From Candidatus Calditenuis fumarioli (lineage in GTDB: Archaea > Thermoproteota > Nitrososphaeria_A > Caldarchaeales > Calditenuaceae), in NCBI GenBank assembly GCA_030059665.1, contig JANVYR010000002.1, positions 511,521 through 575,520 of the forward strand: a stretch of 64,000 nt of DNA, in the 5' to 3' direction. Under the pieces are notes generated by a model. The model saw only the letters and a list, made by a program, of their open reading frames with translations. It had not been told where the DNA came from and ran no database searches. Positions 49,332-59,582 of this stretch are shown piece after piece. The position numbers and the translations under genes were made by a program. Positions within the stretch are counted from its first letter, which is position 1; each line of letters opens with the position of its first letter.

Positions 49332-49823
49332 TCACGCAGAGGACTGCGACGTCAAGATCTCCCTCACCCTGTCCTCCCCGAACCTGCTGATGCGGTACGT
49401 CCCTGTCTCCTCCCTGATCAGGAACCCGTCCTTCGCTAGCTCGTTTATGCGGGCCACGACGCTGCCGTAGTTCGCGGGGAAGCCGTCGTTCCTGAGGAAC
49501 TCGTACACCTCGACGGGCTTCATCTCCCTCTTGCCCTTGAGGGACATCACGTAGTACGTCAGCAGTATCTGGTCCTTCAGCGGCAGCCTCCTGACGGGCG
49601 CGCCCATGTGGGGCACCTCTCCGGACATGTCCACCCAGCCCTCCAGGCTCACCAGCTCTTCATGCGCCGTTGCGGCCACCGAGGCGATGGACCTCGATAG
49701 CTCCGTGACCTTCTCGTGGATGGACCTGAGCTTATCGGGATCCAGCGTGTCCAGCTCCTCAGGCGTCGTCTCGAGCTCATATTGCGCTCCGTCCCTCAGC
49801 TGAAACCTGATCCTGAGGATCAT
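49332..49823 (-). CDS. Hypothetical protein with C-terminal winged helix
   Basis: DQILL..MKPVEVYEFL..GSVVARINELAKDGFLIREETGTYRI. Confidence 0.75.
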   Translation of the reverse strand: MILRIRFQLRDGAQYELETTPEELDTLDPDKLRSIHEKVTELSRSIASVAATAHEELVSLEGWVDMSGEVPHMGAPVRRLPLKDQILLTYYVMSLKGKREMKPVEVYEFLRNDGFPANYGSVVARINELAKDGFLIREETGTYRISRFGEDRVREILTSQSSA

Positions 49824-49932
49824 ACCACATGACACCTACGATACTACAACAAAGGGCTGCTTATAGCTGTTTCCCTGAGGGGAACGGTCCGCGTCGCCCT
49901 AATACTTAGGCGGTTTCGGATAGGGATCGGCC

Positions 49933-50223
49933 ATGGACGTGTCCGAGGTCATGATCGATTCGGTGGAGACGGAGGAGAAGGTCAGCCTGTTCAAAGGAAG
50001 GGCGATCGTGGAAGGGAGCGAGGTGAGGTTCTCCGGGATCGCGGTCTACACCATTGGAGGACCGACGGTCGGCGTGACCATCGAGCAGGAGGACGAGGCC
50101 CAACTGATGGCGAAGCTGGGGAAGGAGGGATTCGAGGCGCTGATCGCGGAGCTCCAGAGGAGGATCGTGGAGGGCGACTTCACCGTTAAAGGGCCTGTCA
50201 GGGTGAGAAGGCAGCCGCTATGA
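49933..50223 (+). CDS. Hypothetical protein
   Basis: 96-aa ORF with host codon usage, coupled to the next ORF (stop/start overlap). Confidence 0.7.
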   Translation: MDVSEVMIDSVETEEKVSLFKGRAIVEGSEVRFSGIAVYTIGGPTVGVTIEQEDEAQLMAKLGKEGFEALIAELQRRIVEGDFTVKGPVRVRRQPL

Positions 50224-50645
50224 CCGCGGAGCTTGAGGTCGCCGGTGTCATACTGGACTGCTGGGACGCCGTCGAGAAGGGGGACTTCGAGAGGCTCGCA
50301 TCGCACTACGACGTCGGGCGCTTCACGCTCTTCAGCGAGCATCCTCCCCACGGTCCGGAGGAGGGGGAGAGGGCGCTGCTGCTGAAGCGCGGCCTGATCA
50401 CGCAGGTCTCAGGGATCGAGGTAGAGGTCAGGGACGTGAGGGTGAGCGTCTTCGGGGACGTCGCTCTGGCCACCTACCTCGTCAAGTACAAGGGCATGCT
50501 GGTCTACCAGTACAGGTTCGAGGGGCAGCTGATATCGGTGACCGCCTTCTGCAGCTCCGTTCTGGTGCGCGGGAGCGAGGGCTGGAAGATCGTCCACGAG
50601 CACTTCACGCGCATCCCAGAGCAGGACGAGGTCACCGCTCGGTGA
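50220..50645 (+). CDS. SnoaL/NTF2-like protein
   Basis: WDAVEKGDFERL..VEVRDVRVSVFGDVALATY..WKIVHEHFT. Confidence 0.85.
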   Translation: MTAELEVAGVILDCWDAVEKGDFERLASHYDVGRFTLFSEHPPHGPEEGERALLLKRGLITQVSGIEVEVRDVRVSVFGDVALATYLVKYKGMLVYQYRFEGQLISVTAFCSSVLVRGSEGWKIVHEHFTRIPEQDEVTAR

Positions 50646-51030
50646 GCCACCTGATCACCTCCTCGGCGTCCTCGGCCTCGACGAAGACGTCGATCCAGCC
50701 GATCTCGGGCAGCTCGTCCAGCTCGAGGAGCGACGCGGTGCCGACGTAGGCAGCCTGCTTGCTCAGCATGAAGTGGACGAGGTTACCGCCGGAGAAGGAG
50801 CGCATGATCCGCTCGGCCGCAGCCCTCACTTTTCTCCTCCTCAGGTTCTCCTTCAGGTAGCTGAGCGCGCCTATCTGGTCCGACTCGCCCTCGATCACCT
50901 GCCGCTGCCCGAAGCTCTTGAGCTCGAAGCGCAGGCTCGGGAACAGCTTGGAGAGGGCCCTCGTCACCTTCTCCGGGTCCTCGGTCGACCTGAGCTCCGC
51001 GACCACCCTGACCCGCACCTTCATCGCCAA
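50632..51030 (-). CDS. UPF0201 (DUF54) RNA-binding-like protein
   Basis: STEDPEKVTRALSKLFP, LSKQAAYVG. Confidence 0.85.
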   Translation of the reverse strand: MAMKVRVRVVAELRSTEDPEKVTRALSKLFPSLRFELKSFGQRQVIEGESDQIGALSYLKENLRRRKVRAAAERIMRSFSGGNLVHFMLSKQAAYVGTASLLELDELPEIGWIDVFVEAEDAEEVIRWLTER

Positions 51031-51122
51031 ACAGAACGCGATGGCCTTCTATCAACCCATGCCGCCGGATTAGGGACATGCGATCGGTTCCTGGGCTGAG
51101 GCATCGCATTGAAATAGCGGTA

Positions 51123-51135
51123 ATAACACTGTTAT
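51123..51135. promoter_or_regulatory. Palindromic operator candidate immediately upstream of sufB
   Basis: ATAACA-C-TGTTAT perfect 6-1-6 inverted repeat ending 6 nt before the ATG. Confidence 0.45.
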
Positions 51136-51141
51136 GACGAA

Positions 51142-52539
51142 ATGGCTGCGCAGGCGATAAGCTTCGACTACAGCAAGTACAACTTCAGGGACGAGGTACA
51201 GCCGGTCTACGTGACGAGGCCCGGCCTCTCGGAGGAGGTGGTGGACGAGATCTCCAGGCTGAAGGACGAGCCGGAGTGGATGCGCAGGAGGAGGCTCCAG
51301 GCCTACAGGATATTCCTTCAGAAGCCCATGCCCAGCTGGGGGCCAGACCTGAGCTCGCTCGACTTCCAGAAGATGAGGTACTACGTGAGGCCGACGGAGG
51401 GAAAGTACCGGAGCTGGGACGAGGTGCCTGAGTACATCAAGAGGACCTTCGAGAGGCTGGGGATACCTGAGGCGGAGAGGAAATTCCTCGCGGGCGTGGG
51501 GGCCCAGTACGACTCTGAGGTGGTCTACCACAACGTCCGGAGGGAGCTGGAGAAGCTCGGCGTGATATTCTGCGACATGGACACGGCCGTCAGGGAGTAC
51601 CCAGAGATCGTCAGGAGGTACTTCGGGACCGTTGTGCCCGCTGACGACAACAAGTTCGCGGCGCTGAACACGGCCGTCTGGAGCGGAGGCTCCTTCGTCT
51701 ACGTGCCCGAGGGCGTCGAGGTCGAGTTCCCGCTACAGGCCTACTTCAGGATCAACGCGGCGAACATGGGCCAGTTCGAGCGGACGCTGATAATCGCCGA
51801 GCCCTACAGCAAGGTCCATTATATAGAGGGGTGCACCGCGCCCATCTACAGCACCGAGAGCCTCCACGCAGCGGTGGTCGAGGTCATAGCGATGAAGGGT
51901 GCCCACGTGAGGTACACGACCCTCCAGAACTGGAGCACCGACGTCTACAACCTGGTCACCAAGAGGTCCTTCGCCTACGAGGGCGCGACGGTGGAGTGGG
52001 TTGACGCCAACATCGGAAGCAAGGTCACCATGAAGTACCCGAGCGTCTACCTCCTGGGGAGGGGAGCGAGGGCCGAGATCCTCTCGGTCGCCTTCGCGGG
52101 CAGGGGCCAGCACCAGGACACCGGTGCGAAGGCGGTGCACCTGGCACCCGACACGACCAGCAGGATCACGTCCAAGTCGGTCTGCAAGGACGGCGGCCGC
52201 GTCACCTACAGGGGCCTCCTCCACGTGGCGAAGGGGGCGAAGAGGGTCAAGTCCAGCGTGAGGTGCGACTCGCTGATACTCGACGACCGCTCCAGGACCG
52301 ACACGTACCCCTACAACGAGATACAGGAGGACGACGCCACGGTGACGCACGAGGCCACGGTCGGCAGGATCGGAGAGGACCAGCTGTTCTACCTGATGAG
52401 CAGGGGGATACCGGAGCAGGAGGCGCTGAACATGATCGTGCTCGGTTTCTTCGAGGGCTTCACGAAGACGCTCCCGATGGAGTACGCGATCGAGTTCAAC
52501 CGGCTGATCGAGCTCGAGATGAGCGGCAGCGTCGGCTGA
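51142..52539 (+). CDS. sufB: Fe-S cluster assembly protein SufB
   Basis: [65 protein letters not shown]. Confidence 0.97.
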   Translation: MAAQAISFDYSKYNFRDEVQPVYVTRPGLSEEVVDEISRLKDEPEWMRRRRLQAYRIFLQKPMPSWGPDLSSLDFQKMRYYVRPTEGKYRSWDEVPEYIKRTFERLGIPEAERKFLAGVGAQYDSEVVYHNVRRELEKLGVIFCDMDTAVREYPEIVRRYFGTVVPADDNKFAALNTAVWSGGSFVYVPEGVEVEFPLQAYFRINAANMGQFERTLIIAEPYSKVHYIEGCTAPIYSTESLHAAVVEVIAMKGAHVRYTTLQNWSTDVYNLVTKRSFAYEGATVEWVDANIGSKVTMKYPSVYLLGRGARAEILSVAFAGRGQHQDTGAKAVHLAPDTTSRITSKSVCKDGGRVTYRGLLHVAKGAKRVKSSVRCDSLILDDRSRTDTYPYNEIQEDDATVTHEATVGRIGEDQLFYLMSRGIPEQEALNMIVLGFFEGFTKTLPMEYAIEFNRLIELEMSGSVG

Positions 52540-52746
52540 GAACCCCTTCTCCGCGTTCCGGGGGCTTATCCCGGCAGACGATTCCGTTCCGAACCCCCTT
52601 TCGGATTTCCGGGCTAACGGGGACTCAGCGGCATTGGGGTCTCAATTGCCGATGTATATGCGGACATATGCTCGCAATTGCGGGATTATTCCCTACGGTA
52701 ACGCTATACGGAGACGATAAATCGCCTGAAAGCCAACACACGTCGG

Positions 52747-53250
52747 GTGGTTGGATTGGAGGCAGCCACGTTCCAGAGGGGTGGAAGGCTAGAGGCGAGG
52801 CAGCTGGAGGTGGTTCTGGTCCCGGTCTTCGAGGGGGTCAACTCGGAGCGGGCGGTGATGACGGCCGCGGAGCAGGCGAGGACGATGGGAAAGGAGCTGC
52901 TGCTGATGGTCGTTGTGGAGGTTCCGAAATCGCTGCCTGAGGGCTTCACTGAGTACGCCAAGATCGAGTGGAGGGGTGAGGAGCCGAGGTGGCTCTACGC
53001 CAGGCTGAAGGGCGAGGAGATCGTCCGGTCGCTGGAGGACCTTCTCCGCGAGAGCGGGGTCAGGTACGACTACGTGATCGAGACCTACGATTCCTTCAGG
53101 TACGCGATCGGGGACGGAGGGATCTGCAGGACCTGCAGGGCGGTGCTTCAGATTCCGACGAAGGCCGCTCCGAAGAGGGCGAGGAAGGCCTTCAGCGAGG
53201 CCCTCAAGGCGCTCGAGGAGCTGAGGGTCCCGATAACGCTCGTCCCCTGA
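52747..53250 (+). CDS. Universal-stress-protein-like domain protein (start uncertain)
   Basis: VLVPV..SERAV..A..A..ELLLMVVVE N-terminal USP pattern; atypical C-terminus containing CRTC. Confidence 0.6.
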   Translation: MVGLEAATFQRGGRLEARQLEVVLVPVFEGVNSERAVMTAAEQARTMGKELLLMVVVEVPKSLPEGFTEYAKIEWRGEEPRWLYARLKGEEIVRSLEDLLRESGVRYDYVIETYDSFRYAIGDGGICRTCRAVLQIPTKAAPKRARKAFSEALKALEELRVPITLVP

Positions 53251-53302
53251 AGCCGTCTTCACCGTCGACGTTTTTAGCAACTCCTGACGCTGGGTTTCAG
53301 GA

Positions 53303-53953
53303 GTGACCAAGGCGCGCTGGCTCGCGGAGCGGAGGAGCGACCCCTGGCACAGGAAGGCCAAGGCAGAGGGGTACCCTTCCAGGGCAGCGTACAAGCTGAT
53401 CCACATCCAGCAGAGGTACCGCGTCCTCGGATGGGGGGATCTGGTGGTGGACCTGGGCTCCTGGCCCGGCGGGATGCTCTCGGTCGAGTCGCAGACCGTG
53501 GGACCGAAGGGGCTCGTTGTGGCCGTTGACCTGAGGGAACCGGTCTTCAGGGCCGGTAACGTGGTCTTCCTGCAGATGGACGTGAACGACGAGGAGGCGC
53601 CGTTCGAGATCCTCTCGGCGCTGGGCAACAGGAGGTGCGACGTCCTGGTTTCCGACGCCTCGCCGAGGTTCACGGGCGTGAGGGACGTCGACGTGTTCAA
53701 TCAGCTTCTGCTGGGCGTGAGGGCCCTGGAGATAGCGGATGTCGTCCTCAAGAGGGGAGGTAACGTGGTGATCAAGTTCCTCGAATGCGAGGAGCTCGCG
53801 AGGGTTGAGCGGAGGCTCAGGAGGTGGTTCAGGTTCGTCAAGCGCGTCGTCACACCGCCGACCCTCAGGAAACGCTCCTCTGAGGTCTTCTTGGTGGGAC
53901 TGGGGAAGCTCGCCGACGGGATGTCGGAGGGGCTCAGGGACCTGATCAGGTGA
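53303..53953 (+). CDS. rlmE: 23S rRNA (U2552-2'-O)-methyltransferase RlmE/FtsJ
   Basis: YPSRAAYKL, DLGSWPGG, VDL, DVLVSDASP, K..SSEVF. Confidence 0.93.
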   Translation: MTKARWLAERRSDPWHRKAKAEGYPSRAAYKLIHIQQRYRVLGWGDLVVDLGSWPGGMLSVESQTVGPKGLVVAVDLREPVFRAGNVVFLQMDVNDEEAPFEILSALGNRRCDVLVSDASPRFTGVRDVDVFNQLLLGVRALEIADVVLKRGGNVVIKFLECEELARVERRLRRWFRFVKRVVTPPTLRKRSSEVFLVGLGKLADGMSEGLRDLIR

Positions 53954-54976
53954 TCATGAAGTTCTCCTGACGAACCTCGGCCTCGGGAAGGAGAGGTTCA
54001 GACCGACCTCAGCGATATCGGTCGAGTATTCAACGACCCTCTTGACGTTGTCGTACAGGACCCTTAGGGCCACCTGCGATCCCACCGGCACCCTCCGCTC
54101 GAGTGCGTGCACGAAGCTCCTCTCAAGATCGCGAAGGTACTCCGAGGTCTCCTCGAGAAGCGCCTGTGCGCGATCCACGTCGGGCTCCAGGACGAGCTCA
54201 ACAGACCTGCGGAAGTGCGTCGTCGAGCCGAACGAGTGACGGTAGAACTCCTCGAAGGAGGACACGTCCAGCTCCCTCTCGAGGGCGAGCATCGCGATGT
54301 TGGTGGCGTGGTCCGCAACCCGCTCGATGCTCCTGGCGACCAGAGTGTAGCTCATCAGGAGCTGAGGCCACTCCACCTCCAACGGCTCCAGGATCCTCGG
54401 GTCCACCACGGAGAGGTTCGTCAGCCTGACCATATAGTGGTAGAACCGGTCGACCTCGTCGTCCCTGTAGATCAGGTCGTGGACCTCTTCCCTGTTGGGT
54501 TCCGCGAGGAGGGAGAGCGAGTCCTGCACCATTCCCGATGTGAGCGTGCCCATCCTGGAGATGACCTGTTTTGGCGGGAGGTCCCTGTGGAGCTGGACCA
54601 CGTTCAGCACCATGCCGTCCAGACGCTCGTCGACGACCTCGACCCCCGCGAGCCACCTCCTCGCAACCTCCTTGATTCCGCGGAGGATACCCGGAGCGGC
54701 ACCGTCGAGCCGAATCGAGATCGAGCTGTAGCCTGCGAGGTAGAGCGAGATCAGGGACCTGACGGCCTGGTCGAGCGTCACGTTTTCCCTCAGCACGAGC
54801 ACCCCCTCCTCGAGCGCCGCGTCGGCGGGGATCACCGAGAGCGGCCCCGAGACCGGCGCCATCAGAAGTACCTCGTCGCCCTTTTCCAACCCGAACTGCT
54901 CGGCCCACTCCTTCGGCAGCGAGACGATGAGCGTCGAGCCGCCCGTAAGCTGGAGCCTTCTGCCGTACGCCCTCAT
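53954..54976 (-). CDS. Phosphate uptake regulator (AbrB-like N-terminal domain plus PhoU domains)
   Basis: RRLQLTGGSTLIVSLPKEW, DDEVDRFY, IERVADHATNIA; divergent from pstS; ATG 54976. Confidence 0.9.
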   Translation of the reverse strand: MRAYGRRLQLTGGSTLIVSLPKEWAEQFGLEKGDEVLLMAPVSGPLSVIPADAALEEGVLVLRENVTLDQAVRSLISLYLAGYSSISIRLDGAAPGILRGIKEVARRWLAGVEVVDERLDGMVLNVVQLHRDLPPKQVISRMGTLTSGMVQDSLSLLAEPNREEVHDLIYRDDEVDRFYHYMVRLTNLSVVDPRILEPLEVEWPQLLMSYTLVARSIERVADHATNIAMLALERELDVSSFEEFYRHSFGSTTHFRRSVELVLEPDVDRAQALLEETSEYLRDLERSFVHALERRVPVGSQVALRVLYDNVKRVVEYSTDIAEVGLNLSFPRPRFVRRTS

Positions 54977-54984
54977 CGCCACAT

Positions 54985-55085
54985 TATAGATGAGAGCCTG
55001 AGTATATAGCCTGAAACCCCTCTGCGAAGGGAAAGATTCCACTATAGACTATAAGTAACTCTATATATTCAGCGCATCACCTATA
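54985..55085. promoter_or_regulatory. CTATA/TATAG repeat array in the divergent regulator/pstS promoter
   Basis: CTATA at 55042, 55049, 55061, 55081; TATAG at 54985, 55005. Confidence 0.5.
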
Positions 55086-55100
55086 AATTCTCCACGGCCG

Positions 55101-56228
55101 ATGGCCGGTTGCGGAGGCATGATGGTGTCCGGTTCGAGGAATTACCGCAGGACGAAGCTCGGGGCTGCGCTGAACGCGCTCTCGGTCGCCCTGCTGGTGG
55201 TTGGGCTGCTGGCGGGTTTGGCTACGGGCTTCGTGATGGGTGGAATGGGAGGCGAAAGGGTCGTGACGGTCGAGCGTACGGTGACCGCCACCACTGTGGG
55301 AGGCGAGCAGACGCCAGCTCAGCTCAAGGGCAAGATCGTTATAGACGGTTCGAGCACGGTCTACCCGCTAACGGAGGCGGCGGCTGAGGAGTTCATGAAG
55401 CTCCACCCTGGAGTTCAGATATCAGTCAGCATATCCGGCACCGGTGGAGGTTTCAAACGGTTCGTCATAGGCGAGACCGACATCAACGACGCCTCCAGGC
55501 CGATCCTCAAGTCGGAGGCCGAGACGGCGGCCAAGAACGGCATCGAGTGGATAGAGATCCCGGTGGCGATCGACGGAATAACAATCGCGGTCAATCCGTC
55601 CAACAATTGGGTCGATTGCATCACCATATCCGAGCTGAGGAGGATATGGAGCCCCAACAGCACCATCACCAGGTGGAACCAGATCAGGCCTGATTGGCCA
55701 GATGCGCCGATTAAGCTTTACGGAATGGGGCCGGACTCAGGCACATTCGACTACTTCACCGAGCACGTGGTCGGCAAGCTTAAGGCTATCAGGACCGACT
55801 ACGTAGCCTCTGCGGATCCGAACGTCCAGGTGGCGGGAATAGAGGCCGAGAAGTACGCGCTTGGGTTCTTCGGTTACGCCTACTATTATGCGGCTAAAGA
55901 CAAAATCAAGGCCTTGAAGGTCAGAGACGACGCCTTGCAGAATTCAAGTTGCGTTGAGCCCAACGACCAGACAGTCAGCAGCTTCGTCTACCCGCTCTCG
56001 AGGCCCCTCTTCATCTACGTCAACAAGAAGGCGTGGTCTGAGAAGCCGGAGCTCAGGGAGTTCGTGCTTTTCTACGTTGAGAACGGCGAGCAAATCGCCA
56101 AGAAGGTCGGTTACACCCCGATGCCGATGGACTACTACAGGATCGCGGCTGCGCTGCTGAGGGCCGGGATGACCGACGGCTTGTACGGCCTGACCCGAGT
56201 GGTCCTGAGCAACGCGGGACCACACTGA
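55101..56228 (+). CDS. pstS: Phosphate ABC transporter substrate-binding protein
   Basis: IDGSSTVYP, SGTGGG, DINDASR, SGTFDYFTE, YPLSRPLFIY. Confidence 0.95.
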   Translation: MAGCGGMMVSGSRNYRRTKLGAALNALSVALLVVGLLAGLATGFVMGGMGGERVVTVERTVTATTVGGEQTPAQLKGKIVIDGSSTVYPLTEAAAEEFMKLHPGVQISVSISGTGGGFKRFVIGETDINDASRPILKSEAETAAKNGIEWIEIPVAIDGITIAVNPSNNWVDCITISELRRIWSPNSTITRWNQIRPDWPDAPIKLYGMGPDSGTFDYFTEHVVGKLKAIRTDYVASADPNVQVAGIEAEKYALGFFGYAYYYAAKDKIKALKVRDDALQNSSCVEPNDQTVSSFVYPLSRPLFIYVNKKAWSEKPELREFVLFYVENGEQIAKKVGYTPMPMDYYRIAAALLRAGMTDGLYGLTRVVLSNAGPH

Positions 56229-56246
56229 CGTCCCGGGTCGAGGGCG

Positions 56247-57173
56247 ATGGGTGCGCTTGGAACCCGAACCCTCCTGCGATCGAACTCGATATCGCGCAGG
56301 AGGGCCGTTAACCGGGTTGCCCAGGCACTTTTCCTGATGGCGTCGCTCGTCTCCACGGTGGCTCTCGTGGTCATATTCGTCACCCTCTTCTCCGAGTCCA
56401 CAGCCTTCTTCACCCACGTCAGCCTCATCGAGTTCCTGACGGGGACAAAGTGGACGGCGCTCTTCGCCGAGAAACACTTCGGGATCCTGCCGCTCCTGAA
56501 CGCCACCCTGATCACCTCCGCGATCGCCGTGGCCTTCGCCACGCCAGCTGGCCTCGCGGCCGGGATCTACCTCAGCGAGTACGCCGGGAAGAGGACGAGG
56601 AGCCTGCTGAAGCCGGTAGTGGAGACGCTCTCGGGGATACCGACGGTCGTTTACGGCTACTTCGCGTTGTACTTCCTGACGCCGCAGCTGCTGAGGAACT
56701 TTCTGCCGGGCATAGGGGTGCACAACGCGCTCGCCGTGGGCCTCATGATCGGGGTTCTGGTGCTTCCGATCGTGGCGTCCTTGAGCGACGACGCGATGAG
56801 GGCTGTACCGGAGGATTTGCGGCTCGCGGCCTATTCGCTCGGCGCGAGGAAGTACCAGGTGGTCCTCAGGGTGGTCGTCCCTGCGGCGCTATCGGGCATC
56901 GTGGCATCGGTGATACTCGCCTTCGCGAGGGCAATGGGGGAGACGATGATCGCCGCCATAGCTGGCGGCTTCAGGCCGGTGCTCACGTTCGACGTCACGG
57001 AGTCGATGCAGACGATGCCCGCGTACATAGCCCAGGTTGCGACGGGCGACGCGCCGCACGGCACGATCGAGTACCAGTCGCTCTTCGCGGTGGGCCTCTT
57101 CCTGCTCCTGATAACTGCGGCTCTGAACTTCATCGGCATAAGGGTGGTGAGGAGATGGGAGATCAGGTACTGA
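56247..57173 (+). CDS. pstC: Phosphate ABC transporter permease PstC
   Basis: FGILPLLNATL, IYLSEYA, LSGIPTVVYG, ARAMGETM. Confidence 0.95.
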   Translation: MGALGTRTLLRSNSISRRRAVNRVAQALFLMASLVSTVALVVIFVTLFSESTAFFTHVSLIEFLTGTKWTALFAEKHFGILPLLNATLITSAIAVAFATPAGLAAGIYLSEYAGKRTRSLLKPVVETLSGIPTVVYGYFALYFLTPQLLRNFLPGIGVHNALAVGLMIGVLVLPIVASLSDDAMRAVPEDLRLAAYSLGARKYQVVLRVVVPAALSGIVASVILAFARAMGETMIAAIAGGFRPVLTFDVTESMQTMPAYIAQVATGDAPHGTIEYQSLFAVGLFLLLITAALNFIGIRVVRRWEIRY

Positions 57174-58057
57174 GCGCGGAGAGCCTGTCGGTTAGGGGCC
57201 GATCGGCAACCGTCAGGAAGCTTTTCGACGGGCTGATGCCGGTTCTGGTTGGTGTTGGCGTGTTCGTCGCGGTAGCGTTTCTGGTCTCGCTGCTCCTCTA
57301 CGTCTTCTCCGTCGGCATCGGAAGGCTGTCCCCCACGCTCATCACGAACTATCCGTCGGCGAACCCGCAGGAGGCGGGGATGAGGAGCGCGATACTCGGG
57401 TCCTTCTTCACGGTAGGCCTCTCAGCCCTGATCTGCATCCCCCTCAGCATCGCGACCGCGATCTACCTCACTGAGTACGCCGGCGGGAAGTGGTGGTCGC
57501 AGGTCCTCCGGTACAACATCGCGAACCTGGCTGGCGTGCCGTCGATCGTCTTCGGTGTCGTCGGTCTCGGCTTCCTCGTCTACGGTTTAGGCCTCGGGAG
57601 GTCGGTGATAGCGGGTGCCTTCACGTTGGCCATACTGACGCTCCCCTACGTCACGGTCACTTGCGTCGAGGCCATCAGGACGGTCCCCGACGACCAGAGG
57701 TTCGGAGCCTACGCGCTTGGGGCTACGACCTTCGAGGTGGTGAGGTACGTGGTTCTGCCGAGGGCGCTCCCCATGATGCTCACGGGTGGAATACTGGGGA
57801 TCTCGAGGGCCCTGGGCGAGGCAGCACCGATTTTAGTGATCAGCGGTCTGCTCTTCATCCGGGAGGACCCGACCTCGCCTTTGAGCGAGTTCACGGTCAT
57901 GCCGCTCCAGCTTTACAACTGGATCAGCAGGCCCCAGCTGGCCTTCCAGCAGCTCGCCGCCGCAGGCATCATAGTGCTCCTCGCGATGCTGTTGGCCCTG
58001 AACGCCCTGGCGATCTACCTCAGGCAGCGCTATTACAGGAGGCTGGAGGCGGGGTGA
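57155..58057 (+). CDS. pstA: Phosphate ABC transporter permease PstA
   Basis: [28 protein letters not shown]; true start ATG 57155, not 56450. Confidence 0.95.
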   Translation: MGDQVLSAESLSVRGRSATVRKLFDGLMPVLVGVGVFVAVAFLVSLLLYVFSVGIGRLSPTLITNYPSANPQEAGMRSAILGSFFTVGLSALICIPLSIATAIYLTEYAGGKWWSQVLRYNIANLAGVPSIVFGVVGLGFLVYGLGLGRSVIAGAFTLAILTLPYVTVTCVEAIRTVPDDQRFGAYALGATTFEVVRYVVLPRALPMMLTGGILGISRALGEAAPILVISGLLFIREDPTSPLSEFTVMPLQLYNWISRPQLAFQQLAAAGIIVLLAMLLALNALAIYLRQRYYRRLEAG

Positions 58058-58064
58058 GAGAGTC

Positions 58065-58904
58065 ATGGCTATGAGCGATCTCGTACGTGCAGTCTCCGGG
58101 AGGGAGGAGGTGGACTCCGGCATCACATTCGACGACGCGGTGATCCGGGTCAGGGACCTGGCGGTCAGGTACCGGGGGAGGTACGCGATAAAAGGAATAA
58201 ACATCGACTTTCGGAGGAACCACATCACGGCCATCATAGGGCCCTCGGGATGCGGGAAGTCGACGCTCCTCAGGTCTCTGAACAGGATGAACGACCTGAT
58301 ACCCGGTGCGGAGGTGGAGGGGAAAGTGCTTTACCACGACGTCGACGTCTACTCGAAGGAGGTCGACCCCGTGGCGCTGAGGTCCAAGATCGGAATGGTC
58401 TTCCAGCGCCCGAACCCGTTCCCTATGAGCATCTTCGACAACGTCGCCTTCGGTCTCAGGGTGAACGGCCTCAAGCTCACGAAATCCGAGATGTACCAGA
58501 GGGTGAAGGAGGCCCTCGTGAAGGCGGCCCTCTGGGACGAGGTCAAGGACAGGCTCGACGCACACGCCTACTCGCTCTCGGGAGGACAGCAGCAGAGGCT
58601 CTGCATAGCCAGGGCGCTCGCGGTGGAGCCGGAGGTGTTGCTGCTCGACGAGCCGACCGTCTCCCTCGATCCCATATCGACCGCCAAGATAGAGGAGCTC
58701 CTGATATCCATCAAGAAGGACTACACGATCGTCATCGTCACCCACAACATGCTGCAGGCCGCAAGGGTCTCGGATTACACCGCCGTGATGATGCCCGACG
58801 AGGAGATGGTCGGGAGGCTGATCGAGTTCGGTCCGACGAAGGAGGTGTTCACTAGGCCCCGGGACAGGAGGACCGAGGCCTACATAGCGGGGAGGATCGG
58901 TTGA
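58065..58904 (+). CDS. pstB: Phosphate ABC transporter ATPase PstB
   Basis: [54 protein letters not shown]. Confidence 0.97.
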   Translation: MAMSDLVRAVSGREEVDSGITFDDAVIRVRDLAVRYRGRYAIKGINIDFRRNHITAIIGPSGCGKSTLLRSLNRMNDLIPGAEVEGKVLYHDVDVYSKEVDPVALRSKIGMVFQRPNPFPMSIFDNVAFGLRVNGLKLTKSEMYQRVKEALVKAALWDEVKDRLDAHAYSLSGGQQQRLCIARALAVEPEVLLLDEPTVSLDPISTAKIEELLISIKKDYTIVIVTHNMLQAARVSDYTAVMMPDEEMVGRLIEFGPTKEVFTRPRDRRTEAYIAGRIG

Positions 58905-58905
58905 G

Positions 58906-59523
58906 TTGGTACGGCTGATCGAGCCTAAGCTCAAGGACATAAGCGCCCTCCTGAGCGAGATGGGGGTCCTCTCCCAGAGGGCCCTTGGGCTGGCGGTGGA
59001 GTCGTTCGTCAACAACAGGCCGCTCGAGCACGAGACATTCACGCTCGCGGAGCAGCTCAGGACGCTTCACTACAGGGTGATGGACCTCTCGACGGAGGCG
59101 ATAGCGCGCTACCAGCCGGTGGCCACCGACCTCAGGTTCATCAGGGCATGCGGTGAGGTCTCTTACGGCCTCTACAGGACCGGAAGGTACGCCTACGACA
59201 TCGTGGGGACCGTCAGCGTCTTCGGCGACCTGAGGGGGTGCTCGTGGGAAGACGTGATCCGGACCAGCGGGGTGGTGAAGGAGATGCTGACGCAGGCCAT
59301 TGAGGCCTTCAGCAACCTCGACGAGAAACTGGCGCTGGAGGTGATCGGCCTGGACGACGTGGTGGACGGCGAGTACCGGCGATACCTGAGGAAGGTGATC
59401 GAGGGCGGCGGGGAGAGGAGGTGCGAGATCGCCGGGCTGCTTATCATGCGGTACCTCGAGAGGATGGCGGACCACGCCAACGCGATCGCGGAGGCCACGC
59501 TGTACGTCATCAGGGGATCCTAA
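58906..59523 (+). CDS. phoU: Phosphate transport regulator PhoU
   Basis: ARYQPVATDLR, DDVVD, RYLERMADHANAIAE. Confidence 0.92.
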   Translation: MVRLIEPKLKDISALLSEMGVLSQRALGLAVESFVNNRPLEHETFTLAEQLRTLHYRVMDLSTEAIARYQPVATDLRFIRACGEVSYGLYRTGRYAYDIVGTVSVFGDLRGCSWEDVIRTSGVVKEMLTQAIEAFSNLDEKLALEVIGLDDVVDGEYRRYLRKVIEGGGERRCEIAGLLIMRYLERMADHANAIAEATLYVIRGS

Positions 59524-59582
59524 AACCCCCAGCAAATCCGTTCGAATAAAGCTCAAATTTTGACCATATGGACTGACCCCGA

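Noticed and set aside
56450-57154. N-terminal extension of the 535-aa ORF
   Set aside because: It overlaps pstC in another frame; the real PstA starts at ATG 57155.
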